Virus record (IMG/VR): IMGVR_UViG_3300020382_000148
Coordinates: 1-44,142 of that record
DNA from: a virus
Lineage: Duplodnaviria; Caudoviricetes
Reading direction: 5' to 3' (one strand)
Length of the DNA stretch: 44,142 nucleotides
Shown here: positions 1-8,319 of the stretch, piece after piece
Layout: every line of letters starts with the position of its first letter
Position numbering within the stretch: position 1 is the stretch's first letter
The notes under the pieces: model-generated
Seen by the model: the letters and a program-made list of their open reading frames with translations, nothing else
Databases searched by the model: none
Told to the model about the DNA's origin: nothing
Position numbers and translations under genes: made by a program

Positions 1-111
1 AGATATGTCTTTGTGTATGGTACAGGGGAAATACACTATTTCAGAATGTATGGCTCAAGCTGACCGCAAACGGGATGGCAACGACGACATTTAACACACA
101 AGGAGACAGTC

Positions 112-687
112 ATGAGAGATTACTTTTTACCTAAGTTGGAGCTATTGATAATATGCTCGCTTATATTTCCTACTCTGTTTCCTCAATATGCACCTGAGTG
201 GTTGTTGTTTTTAGTTTTGTACATATACTTTGTAGCAACACACAAGGTTTACGTAACAACCAAAGCCAAAGGTCACCACGACTTTGGTCTACACAACACT
301 TACAGATGTCTGGAGACAGGCAATAGAATGCCTCTGAACGAAGACCACTGGGAAGCAACAGGAACTGAAAGCTGTTACGGTTTCATGGGTTTTGGTCAGA
401 TGAAGTTCGTCAACAGTTTTAATGTAAAAGGTGGTTGCAAGTACTTAAGCTTACGAGTAGAGGTTCCTTACTTTTTCTCATCAGGTATAGACTTTGGACT
501 TGTAGAAGGTTATAAAGAATATTATGACGATGGACAAATGGGTTCAGGTATCCCTGTTAAAGATTCTCTTTTGTTCTTCATGGCACCCACAATACGTTGG
601 AGTGCAGCACATCAGAAGAATAACTTTATCAGCATCCGTCAATTCGGAAGTGCTACGGTAACAACAGAAGGAAGAATAGAATTATGA
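112..687 (+). CDS. hypothetical protein with hydrophobic N-terminus
   Basis: 191-aa ORF, AAGGAG RBS upstream, two hydrophobic N-terminal segments; no recognisable family. Confidence 0.7.
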   Translation: MRDYFLPKLELLIICSLIFPTLFPQYAPEWLLFLVLYIYFVATHKVYVTTKAKGHHDFGLHNTYRCLETGNRMPLNEDHWEATGTESCYGFMGFGQMKFVNSFNVKGGCKYLSLRVEVPYFFSSGIDFGLVEGYKEYYDDGQMGSGIPVKDSLLFFMAPTIRWSAAHQKNNFISIRQFGSATVTTEGRIEL

Positions 688-860
688 TGACTACAGGCAA
701 AGACAAGAATGGTGTCACTTTTATTGTAGGAGACCAAGTACGCATGGACGTACTCAGAGGAACCTATAAAGTTATTGACTTTCATTCCAAAGAGTTTGTT
801 CACATTCAAAACGAAGAAGCCAAGCTGTATGCTCTGGCAGAACAATTGGAGGTTTTATGA
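684..860 (+). CDS. small hypothetical protein (58 aa)
   Basis: Read from sequence (MMTTGKDKNGVTFIVGDQVR...); ATGA overlaps with both neighbours; below ORF-track cut-off. Confidence 0.55.
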   Translation: MMTTGKDKNGVTFIVGDQVRMDVLRGTYKVIDFHSKEFVHIQNEEAKLYALAEQLEVL

Positions 861-1069
861 GTAGCATATTGCTATCAGACAAAAACGTACCAGCAGAGGT
901 ATGTCAAGCACTTAAGGTGTTGGACAAACACTTCGGGTACATTAATCGAGTAGAAGTTATAGATAGCTTAGGTAGGACTTATGTCAACCTGAACGTTATC
1001 GATATTGGAATTGGGATACAAGATGATATGGGGACGCTTAAGCTGTTTCTGGAAGACATCAATTCCTGA
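857..1069 (+). CDS. hypothetical protein
   Basis: 70-aa ORF with GGAGG RBS. Confidence 0.65.
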   Translation: MSSILLSDKNVPAEVCQALKVLDKHFGYINRVEVIDSLGRTYVNLNVIDIGIGIQDDMGTLKLFLEDINS

Positions 1070-1114
1070 GGTAGGAGTAGCATGACCTGACATTTCACAG
1101 TCGAAATCGACTAT

Positions 1115-1137
1115 TACCACGTGTCACTATAGGTTAT
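1115..1137 (+). promoter_or_regulatory. candidate T7-like phage RNAP promoter
   Basis: TACCACGTGTCACTATAGG matches T7 consensus TAATACGACTCACTATAGG at 15/19 positions; intergenic; only one good copy seen and it lies in a predicted RNA stem. Confidence 0.35.
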
Positions 1138-1223
1138 GTGCCTACTGCGCTGCTGTTCCTGTCGACAGTATCAAAAGCGAACACCCCACCTAATCGGTGA
1201 GTGCGTGTATGGCAGACCTAACG

Positions 1224-1241
1224 TAAAACACTGTATTATGA
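1224..1241 (+). promoter_or_regulatory. 18-bp intergenic motif copy 1 (TAAAACACTGTATTATGA), probable promoter -10 region
   Basis: Exact repeat at 8238-8255; contains TATTAT; upstream of RBS and ATG at 1265. Confidence 0.55.
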
Positions 1242-1264
1242 TAACACACAGAAGGAGAAACGAT

Positions 1265-1438
1265 ATGGACTCAATAACAATTATAGATTTACAAGTTCAA
1301 TACGAAGCCTTGTACCACCAGCACTTAGATGTCGGAGGTAGCCCAACACTGGATAACTTATTGGCTTTCCAGCGAGTGATTAAATTTTACACAACAGAAA
1401 CTGAATTTGAAGCTTACATGGCTAGCTTCCACAACTAG
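1265..1438 (+). CDS. small hypothetical protein
   Basis: Start moved from 1136 to the ATG at 1265 preceded by AAGGAG. Confidence 0.6.
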   Translation: MDSITIIDLQVQYEALYHQHLDVGGSPTLDNLLAFQRVIKFYTTETEFEAYMASFHN

Positions 1439-1451
1439 AGAGAGATACAAT

Positions 1452-2045
1452 ATGATTGCAAAATTTAAACTATGGCTAATGGGCACTTGGATATACGCTA
1501 AGATGCTCAAAGACGTTCTACCGTACATTCGGTTCAGCACTTATTACACCTCAATGCGAGGAGAAAAGTACCACGAAGTGTATCAAGCTATACGCACTGG
1601 AGACATAATCCTCACTACCGACAACAAGAAACTTACTACATTTATCATCGGTGGAGAATTTAGTCATGCAGCGGTTTGCGTCAGTAAAGATAGGAAGTGG
1701 GAAGTCTCAGAGATGACTCATACCGACTACACTAAGAGTACTGTTGCTGACATTTGTTTTGAAGCAACACGTGTTGTTGTGTTACGTTGTGACGACTTTA
1801 CCAAGACTTACACTAAGAAGTTTGTAGAACAAGTGAAGAGTTATGAAGGAACTGAATACGATATCCAATTTGAACTAGGAGTCACAGCTTTGTCTTGTGC
1901 AGAGCTAGTGTATGAAGGTGATTTCGAACGCAGACTAGACATATCTTTAGAAGATGTGTTAGGTGTCGGACAGGAGTACATCAGTCCAACAGGACTAGCA
2001 AAAGCACTCAACTGTACAGTAGTAATTGATACAGATTTAATTTAA
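1452..2045 (+). CDS. permuted papain-like NlpC/P60 amidase (YiiX/YaeF-like)
   Basis: GDIILT...FSHAAVC with His before Cys, then YD..F...LSCAELVY; start moved to ATG 1452. Confidence 0.8.
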   Translation: MIAKFKLWLMGTWIYAKMLKDVLPYIRFSTYYTSMRGEKYHEVYQAIRTGDIILTTDNKKLTTFIIGGEFSHAAVCVSKDRKWEVSEMTHTDYTKSTVADICFEATRVVVLRCDDFTKTYTKKFVEQVKSYEGTEYDIQFELGVTALSCAELVYEGDFERRLDISLEDVLGVGQEYISPTGLAKALNCTVVIDTDLI

Positions 2046-2061
2046 TTAGCAGGAGGACAGC

Positions 2062-2184
2062 GTGAAGAAGAAGACTAGCAGTAAGGTGAACGACAAAAAC
2101 GTATTTAAACTAGTCTTTATCGGGTATATTATCCTATTCACTTTGTTCTTTTGTTCCCATCCAACTTTAGGAGTAATGTTATGA
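2062..2184 (+). CDS. small membrane protein (40 aa)
   Basis: AGGAGG RBS, GTG start, basic N-terminus plus hydrophobic stretch, ATGA overlap with next gene. Confidence 0.4.
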   Translation: MKKKTSSKVNDKNVFKLVFIGYIILFTLFFCSHPTLGVML

Positions 2185-2348
2185 GATCATTTGCAGAAGT
2201 ACTTGGAATATTCTTGGTAGGCGGCACTATTAGTGTACTGTCTGTCTCTTTAGTAACCTCTGACCCACGCATTGCCACAGTAGCATTCATAGCTGGTGGC
2301 ATTATTCTCGACAAGGGTCTGATGTATCTACGTAAAAAGGATTCTTAG
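2181..2348 (+). CDS. small two-TM membrane protein
   Basis: AGGAG RBS, ATG 2181, two hydrophobic segments. Confidence 0.6.
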   Translation: MRSFAEVLGIFLVGGTISVLSVSLVTSDPRIATVAFIAGGIILDKGLMYLRKKDS

Positions 2349-2349
2349 C

Positions 2350-3024
2350 ATGTGCGGAGTAATCGGAGTATCGTTAACAGATGTTACAGAAGCTGACCTC
2401 ACACTCGTCAAGAGAGTGTTAGAACAGACTCAAATACGAGGTATGCACGCATCAGGAGCAGTCTGGTACAATCCTTCAGGTATGGTCAGGATAAAGGTTG
2501 GTGTGCCTATAAAAAAGCTCTCTCGAGAGTTAATCGACTGGGACAGAGTGGTTGAATCAGGAAACATAAAGATGATCGCACATGCGAGATATAGTACATC
2601 TGACATGGAGTACCATCAACCTCTTGCTAGCAAAACATTGTTTATGGCCCACAATGGAGTTATAACTCAAGAACCCCCTGAGACATGGAAGGAGACTTAT
2701 GGTTACGATTTTGATACTAGGAACGACTCTGAGATTCTACTCAAGAAACTCACGTCAGGCGATACACCGAGCGATTGTGCGGCTAGCCTCTCTAGCTCTA
2801 GCATTGCTGTCGTTACAATTGATCGCAATGGCACTGTTTCTGGATGGCGTAATTCTCTACGACCTCTATGGCGTACGGACTTACATAATGGGTTTATCCT
2901 TACCAGCACTCGGGATATAATGCTTCGAGCATCTGGACAGAAACACACACCATACATGGTAGAAGTAACAGGCAGTGGAACGGAATTACAATTAAGAAAT
3001 AGCAACCAATCTATAAACATGTAA
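2350..3024 (+). CDS. class II (Ntn) glutamine amidotransferase, standalone
   Basis: N-terminal MCGVIG (catalytic Cys2), RG.HASG, HARYSTS, HQP, AHNGVI, NDSE, RPL motifs. Confidence 0.9.
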   Translation: MCGVIGVSLTDVTEADLTLVKRVLEQTQIRGMHASGAVWYNPSGMVRIKVGVPIKKLSRELIDWDRVVESGNIKMIAHARYSTSDMEYHQPLASKTLFMAHNGVITQEPPETWKETYGYDFDTRNDSEILLKKLTSGDTPSDCAASLSSSSIAVVTIDRNGTVSGWRNSLRPLWRTDLHNGFILTSTRDIMLRASGQKHTPYMVEVTGSGTELQLRNSNQSINM

Positions 3025-3040
3025 GTAATAGGAGGGGTCG

Positions 3041-3328
3041 ATGGAATTAAATTACAAGTACGTAACAGTTCGTTGTTACAAGCCACACAAAGGCTACACC
3101 GATGAAACACATATCAAAGATGTAGTGGACTGTGTGTACAAGGTAGGCTTGACTGAAGAAGAGAACATTGCTTTCTTCGAGAAAGAGTACATGGAAGTGT
3201 ATGCCCCCGACCTCAACTGTGAGGTAGTGGGATCAATCAGTTCAGTGTACAAAGGTAAGGAGGTAGCTGATGACCCGATCGCAGACTCGAAGATTGAAGC
3301 TGAATTGCTTGAAAGCACTTCGCTCTGA
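3041..3328 (+). CDS. acidic hypothetical protein
   Basis: 95-aa ORF with AGGAGG RBS. Confidence 0.6.
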   Translation: MELNYKYVTVRCYKPHKGYTDETHIKDVVDCVYKVGLTEEENIAFFEKEYMEVYAPDLNCEVVGSISSVYKGKEVADDPIADSKIEAELLESTSL

Positions 3329-3605
3329 TACTTGTCAAGATTGTGGAAGGTCTGACAGATTCGATATACTTGAATTCCACCACGTTATACCTCGACATAA
3401 GTCAGGTCGTCCAGGATGGGAAACGGTACGAGACTGGAAATGGCCTCTCCTCAAGGAAGAGTACGATAAAGAATGCGACCTGTTATGCCCCAGCTGTCAC
3501 AAAGTAAGACACGCTGAGATGGATGCAGAAGATCGTGATGACAATATGAACTACAACTATAGACACATGACTCTCGAAGACATGCTGTTAGAACTGGAGG
3601 ACTAA
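3270..3605 (+). CDS. HNH endonuclease
   Basis: CQDCG...LEFHHVIP...CDLLCPSCHKVRH; AGGAGG RBS. Confidence 0.85.
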   Translation: MTRSQTRRLKLNCLKALRSDTCQDCGRSDRFDILEFHHVIPRHKSGRPGWETVRDWKWPLLKEEYDKECDLLCPSCHKVRHAEMDAEDRDDNMNYNYRHMTLEDMLLELED

Positions 3606-3606
3606 G

Positions 3607-3849
3607 ATGTATGCGCTGTTAATAACGATAATCTTTTCATCAGGGGAGGTGACCTTGAGTCCCAAGACCCTTGTTGACAGTATCCAAGAATGTAACCAAT
3701 ACCTTTCTACTGCCCATTATGGCGCACCGTACGATAGTATAACCATTGACTTTGTTGATGGACTTATCTCAAGAAAGGCAGTAACATATAACCCCACTGA
3801 GTACATGCCGACTACTTACATTTATTCTTGCACAAAAGAACTCTCATGA
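3607..3849 (+). CDS. hypothetical protein with N-terminal hydrophobic segment
   Basis: GGAGG RBS, 80 aa. Confidence 0.6.
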   Translation: MYALLITIIFSSGEVTLSPKTLVDSIQECNQYLSTAHYGAPYDSITIDFVDGLISRKAVTYNPTEYMPTTYIYSCTKELS

Positions 3850-4004
3850 GTGAATCGTGCGACGATTGTAGGATAGAAATAAGTACCGACAGTATTGTAG
3901 TGGACAGTAGCACAGGAAACTTATACTTTGAAGCAGGAGTTTTGATGACAATTATAGCAGTACTATACATAGTCAAGAAATTAGCAGACAAGTACATCAA
4001 ATGA
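3846..4004 (+). CDS. small membrane protein (52 aa)
   Basis: ATGA overlap with previous gene; C-terminal hydrophobic helix; fills the gap. Confidence 0.5.
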   Translation: MSESCDDCRIEISTDSIVVDSSTGNLYFEAGVLMTIIAVLYIVKKLADKYIK

Positions 4005-4023
4005 AATTTAAGAGGAATACATT

Positions 4024-4254
4024 ATGAACATAGTAGAACGAATGATTGCAGTACGTGAAGAGAAGTCAGGCAGGAAGTTATCTGTTGCATCCCGAGAGCG
4101 TTACTTGCGTGAAGGATTCAAAGTGTTGGAGGCAGCATTAGGTGCAGTCAGCACCCACACTTTGGAATCAGAGACTAACAAGCTAACCGTAAGCAACAAT
4201 GTGGCAGGTATTGTACGTGACCTTAAGCGACTACATAAGGTGGAGGTGTCTTAA
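4024..4254 (+). CDS. hypothetical protein
   Basis: 76 aa, GAGG RBS, TAATG coupling to next gene. Confidence 0.65.
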   Translation: MNIVERMIAVREEKSGRKLSVASRERYLREGFKVLEAALGAVSTHTLESETNKLTVSNNVAGIVRDLKRLHKVEVS

Positions 4255-4514
4255 TGGCGAGTAAGAGTAGCGTCAAAACTATTTTAAAAGTTGAGAAAGT
4301 CCCTATGGCAATCCAAGCAATCAGTCTTGTCGCTGAAGAAGTTGCTGACGATATGTACAAACATGGTACTATGAATTTCAAAGGAACTATCCTCCAGACT
4401 GGTGTAAGTATCACCTTCAGGGATGATCAAGACTTTTGTGTCATTACTTTTCATAGTGAGAATAACACAGTTCGACCTTCATTCCACACTTACCGTTATC
4501 GGTATAACGACTAA
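4254..4514 (+). CDS. hypothetical protein
   Basis: 86 aa, GGAGGT RBS. Confidence 0.65.
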   Translation: MASKSSVKTILKVEKVPMAIQAISLVAEEVADDMYKHGTMNFKGTILQTGVSITFRDDQDFCVITFHSENNTVRPSFHTYRYRYND

Positions 4515-4527
4515 CATAGGAGTTGTT

Positions 4528-4659
4528 ATGCGAATGAAACCAATGAAGATATCTGTGGTTCAGAGAGCATTGGAAAGAATAAGTATGAGAGGTGCCATAA
4601 TCGGTGCCTCCATCTTTATTGTTACTGCCGTTTTGGTAACCATTATTTTAATCTACTAA
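4528..4659 (+). CDS. small membrane protein
   Basis: AGGAG RBS before ATG 4528; C-terminal TM helix. Confidence 0.5.
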   Translation: MRMKPMKISVVQRALERISMRGAIIGASIFIVTAVLVTIILIY

Positions 4660-4669
4660 GGAGAACCCT

Positions 4670-5275
4670 ATGCGTAGAGCTAATCAAGAAGAGATGGAGA
4701 AGTTTCTCGAAACTTTACCAGAAGGAGAGAAGAACACTAAGTTCGCCAAGGGTGCACACAACCTATGGATTCGTTTTCACAACTATGGAAGACATGACCC
4801 ATTCGTATTAGAAGTTGATGGACAGATTGTGGCAGTGTGTCACATAACTGTGTTGCAGAAGAAAGACTACGCTAACCTGTATGAAATCTACACGATTCCA
4901 GACAGTGAAGGCAAAGGTTACGCTTCATCCCTGTACTGGGAGATAATGAAACACATGACAGACAATTACCCATTCATTCGATTAAAGATGTCTTGCACTC
5001 CTACTAGTATTGGTTGGCACTATCGTAACGGTATCATTGGTTACGGGGTTGACCCAAGTGGTAGCATCCGTGTAGACATCCCTATAGCACCGAGCAAGGA
5101 CGAACAAGTATCCCTTAGGGAGCAATGGGACTCGTTCCCAGAACTCTTCTTACCCCCTACTAAGAGCCGACAGAAGCTGTTGAAAGAAAATCCTGTGTTC
5201 GGAGTCAAGAAGACCGCACAGGTGGCCCAGAGTATTTATACTATGGGTGAATATTATTTACGTGAAGAGTTATAG
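4670..5275 (+). CDS. GNAT-family acetyltransferase
   Basis: FVLEVDGQIVAV strands, IYTIPDSEGKGYASSL acetyl-CoA motif A, SIGWHYRNG motif B. Confidence 0.85.
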   Translation: MRRANQEEMEKFLETLPEGEKNTKFAKGAHNLWIRFHNYGRHDPFVLEVDGQIVAVCHITVLQKKDYANLYEIYTIPDSEGKGYASSLYWEIMKHMTDNYPFIRLKMSCTPTSIGWHYRNGIIGYGVDPSGSIRVDIPIAPSKDEQVSLREQWDSFPELFLPPTKSRQKLLKENPVFGVKKTAQVAQSIYTMGEYYLREEL

Positions 5276-5291
5276 ACCTAAAGGAGAGATT

Positions 5292-6053
5292 ATGTCGTAT
5301 ATCAAAACAGTAGTATTAGCAGCGGTGTTGTGGGCATTATCTATGTTCGCACACGCTAACCCTGCTCACCTGTCTGCTGTTACAATACCTAGTTACACCA
5401 CCAACCTCACATTTACGATGTTGAGACCTAATGTGTATTCCCTAGTGGGAGCAGTAGGTGAGAATGATTGTAATAAGATTAAATCACTACTACCCAAAGA
5501 CGGAGAAGCATTTACCGTTATCTTAGAATCTCCAGGAGGTTCTTTGTTTGAGGGAATGTGCTTGGCTGAAACACTTAAAGATTTAGATGTCACCACTGTT
5601 GTTGCGAACCTGCCTTTAATAAATCTTGAAGGAGAATTAGTATATATTCCAGGATCCTACACTAAGGCAAGTAATGCACTCGCAGCCAAAGGTGAAGACC
5701 GAGTGGTCATCTGTGCCTCAGCTTGTAGTTTGTTATTCTTAGGAGGAGATGAACGGAGACTTGTTGGAAACGTGTACTTAGGCATTCACGCACCAAGGTC
5801 TGAGAAACCTCTGCCTGACCCATTAAAATCAGAAGCACAAGCTTACAGTTTAGCAGCCCATCTTATGGGTTATCTGCAACGTACTCTGCTTGTAGAAGAT
5901 GATGACCTTCGAAGATTGTTCATCCTTGTTCCTGCAAAGAGTATATATTACGTTCAACCTCGACACTTTAAGAAGTACCCTTGGTTGAAAGACATAGCTA
6001 CACATTATCATGACTTTCACGGTTACGACTCTGTGCCAGCAAAGATAAATTAA
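5292..6053 (+). CDS. secreted ClpP/crotonase-fold protein (COG3904-like)
   Basis: Signal peptide ending AHA; LESPGGS, CASACSLLFLGG..R, LGIHAP motifs; start moved to ATG 5292 after AAGGAG. Confidence 0.75.
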   Translation: MSYIKTVVLAAVLWALSMFAHANPAHLSAVTIPSYTTNLTFTMLRPNVYSLVGAVGENDCNKIKSLLPKDGEAFTVILESPGGSLFEGMCLAETLKDLDVTTVVANLPLINLEGELVYIPGSYTKASNALAAKGEDRVVICASACSLLFLGGDERRLVGNVYLGIHAPRSEKPLPDPLKSEAQAYSLAAHLMGYLQRTLLVEDDDLRRLFILVPAKSIYYVQPRHFKKYPWLKDIATHYHDFHGYDSVPAKIN

Positions 6054-6067
6054 CAGGAGGACTTATT

Positions 6068-6226
6068 ATGGATACTAAATCCCTAGCAAAAGTCAAGAAA
6101 GTAAACGACAAACCTATTGTCAAAGCTAAGAAGAAGCCAACAGCTAAAGCCAAACGGGCCTCAGCTCTCACTAACTACCTTGAAGGCAATATGTCTATCT
6201 GGTGTCTTTACAAATTTAAACGATAA
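6068..6226 (+). CDS. small Lys-rich protein (52 aa)
   Basis: AGGAGG RBS; MDTKSLAKVKKVNDKPIVKAKKKPTAKAKR... Confidence 0.55.
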   Translation: MDTKSLAKVKKVNDKPIVKAKKKPTAKAKRASALTNYLEGNMSIWCLYKFKR

Positions 6227-6248
6227 CAATTACCCCACAGGAGGATGC

Positions 6249-7223
6249 ATGCGCAGAGAACTATTTAAACAGTTTTACGCCAACAGTGCCCAGCGCAAAG
6301 ATATTGATCCCAATGTCTGGATGCTAAACTACGTGATTGATCGCATGGAGATGAATGAACAGCAAGTCTTATGGCTATGCTTCCTCAATGCGATAACCTA
6401 CCATGCTCCTACTGCTCTCTTAATTTGGAATGAGTTTCCAGACCTAGAGTGTGCAGGGATTGAAAGACTTGAGGAGTGGTGGACGAAAGACATACAACTA
6501 CGTCTACCATTTCAGTCTGACAAACTTAAACAACGCAGACATTTACCTGAGACAGTCGCATCTTACAAAAAGATGGTTGGCGGTGATCAGGTCAAATACT
6601 TTAACAACCTATTATCTGGAACACCAGAAGAGAACTTCGACGTACTGTGGACAAAGGCGTTCAAGCCTATCCGTCACTTTGGTCGGTTCTCAGTCTGGAA
6701 CTGGGCACAAACGCTTAAGCAGGTAGCAGGATACGATATAGAACCAACTACATTGTTCCTTGGAGACAAGGACGCAGAGTCCATCACACATGGTGCTTGT
6801 TGGGTTATGGGTATGGAAAAGCAATGGGCTTACAAAGTCCGATGGGTTGACGACATCACCCTTAAGAAAAAGAAGTGGGTTCATGAGTTCACCCAATTAG
6901 AGAAAGATTTCTTAGAAATGTCCATCAGAAACATCATGGAAGAGATTCGAGAAGAGTATCCTAATATCCTTGTAGACGCATTTAATGTAGAAACAATGAT
7001 GTGTGCTTTTAAGAAGCTATTCAGGCAGAGAGACTCACGATACGTGGGCTACTACCTCGATAGACAGCGTCTAGACATCGACAACACTGCATCCAAAGAC
7101 TGGGTTGGGGTTGAATGGAAGCTGCTCTATGACGCTCGAGAGGAGCTCCTACATAAGGACTGGTTGAACGATCAGGTTGATAAAACTAAGTTTACACTCA
7201 CCGTAGAGGAGAAAATAGTATGA
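6249..7223 (+). CDS. alpha-glutamyl/putrescinyl thymine pyrophosphorylase-like amino acid:DNA transferase (probably clade 2)
   Basis: HhH-like IRHFGRFSVWNW, FNVETMMCAFKK, RYVGYYLDRQ and WL.FL..ITYH motifs; adjacent P-loop kinase; start moved to ATG 6249 after AGGAGG. Confidence 0.75.
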   Translation: MRRELFKQFYANSAQRKDIDPNVWMLNYVIDRMEMNEQQVLWLCFLNAITYHAPTALLIWNEFPDLECAGIERLEEWWTKDIQLRLPFQSDKLKQRRHLPETVASYKKMVGGDQVKYFNNLLSGTPEENFDVLWTKAFKPIRHFGRFSVWNWAQTLKQVAGYDIEPTTLFLGDKDAESITHGACWVMGMEKQWAYKVRWVDDITLKKKKWVHEFTQLEKDFLEMSIRNIMEEIREEYPNILVDAFNVETMMCAFKKLFRQRDSRYVGYYLDRQRLDIDNTASKDWVGVEWKLLYDAREELLHKDWLNDQVDKTKFTLTVEEKIV

Positions 7224-7849
7224 AGACTTACATCGGTATTTTAGGCAGTTGTGCCACAGGGAAGTCCACTCGTCTTAACATGTTCATCGAGTATTTAGAT
7301 GATATTGCAGGCATACCATATCAGGTACACGACTATGTATTTGAGAAGAATGGTGCTGAGATTGTCATCAAAAACGCTGGACGTGCTTACGCTAATGGTG
7401 TATATATCGTTGGAAACAAGACCAAATCAGGCAACTGGGTTGGAGCAGACTACACATTCGGGAAGCTTGGCGACAAGCAATCCATATATAACTTTCTTGA
7501 AGAAGCCACAGCAATCCACGACACTTTCATTGTAGAAGGTTACTTTGCAGTGGGTGGTGGGTTTCTTCGACCAGACGCTTTGTCTTTTATGTTCGACAAA
7601 GTTAATCAGTACTATTTTCTCTACGATACCCTCAACCAATACGTTGAACGTACTGAAAATCGCACAGGCAAGACTTGGGTTGACCGAGGTAAAGATCCTT
7701 CAAAATCAGCAGGTTGGAAGTCTAACCAGAGCTTTTTGACAGGAATGAAAAAGGCTATTGCTGGCTGTAGGCACAATGACAAAATCGTCAAAGTTGACTA
7801 TACCAAGAATAAATATTACTTCGTAGATGAATTCAAGGATCTTGTATGA
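7220..7849 (+). CDS. P-loop nucleotide kinase, probable 5-hmdU DNA kinase
   Basis: Walker A GSCATGKST, GAD, Walker B-like FIVEG, lid Arg motif ERTENR; ATGA-coupled to the transferase. Confidence 0.7.
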   Translation: MKTYIGILGSCATGKSTRLNMFIEYLDDIAGIPYQVHDYVFEKNGAEIVIKNAGRAYANGVYIVGNKTKSGNWVGADYTFGKLGDKQSIYNFLEEATAIHDTFIVEGYFAVGGGFLRPDALSFMFDKVNQYYFLYDTLNQYVERTENRTGKTWVDRGKDPSKSAGWKSNQSFLTGMKKAIAGCRHNDKIVKVDYTKNKYYFVDEFKDLV

Positions 7850-8232
7850 GCAACAAAAGGTTGCCCGTTGAAGGCTTCTCCCAGTATTGTATTGACGTGT
7901 CAAACCACAGGATATACAACAAGCACGGTAACTTAATCAAGCCCATGATCGACTCAAAAGGTCGCAGTTGTGTTCGCATGATCAATGATGAGGGTAAACG
8001 TAAAACTCTCGTCTTGGCCACGATAACACGCAAACTGGGAGGTATACGCTCCGAAAGGGAGGAAAACACTGTCACTTTGTTGAAGTCTTATTACCACTTA
8101 ATCCACTCTATCACTGATAAAAGAGATAATGATTACTGGTTCAACATGTTGATTAATGCTAATCCTATGATTGAGTCGCATGAGATTGAGTACTTTGTGG
8201 GCAACATTAGGCCAAACAAAAGGTTGCCCTAA
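7846..8232 (+). CDS. NUMOD4-like protein (degenerate homing endonuclease-related)
   Basis: PVEGFSQY..DVSNHRIYN...LIKP..DSKG...VRM...GKRKT resembles NUMOD4; no HNH catalytic residues seen. Confidence 0.5.
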   Translation: MSNKRLPVEGFSQYCIDVSNHRIYNKHGNLIKPMIDSKGRSCVRMINDEGKRKTLVLATITRKLGGIRSEREENTVTLLKSYYHLIHSITDKRDNDYWFNMLINANPMIESHEIEYFVGNIRPNKRLP

Positions 8233-8255
8233 ACTTTTAAAACACTGTATTATGA
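8224..8255 (+). promoter_or_regulatory. sigma70-like promoter containing motif copy 2
   Basis: TTGCCC-N18-TATTAT; 8238-8255 identical to 1224-1241. Confidence 0.55.
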
Positions 8256-8319
8256 ATAAATAGCACAGGATCAATCAATGATTTTAAGGTTACTATTCCA
8301 GCTATAACTAAGCCCAATG

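Noticed and set aside
6117-6248. N-terminal extension of the transferase ORF
   Set aside because: TTG start overlaps a separate RBS-led ORF (6068-6226); ATG 6249 has AGGAGG
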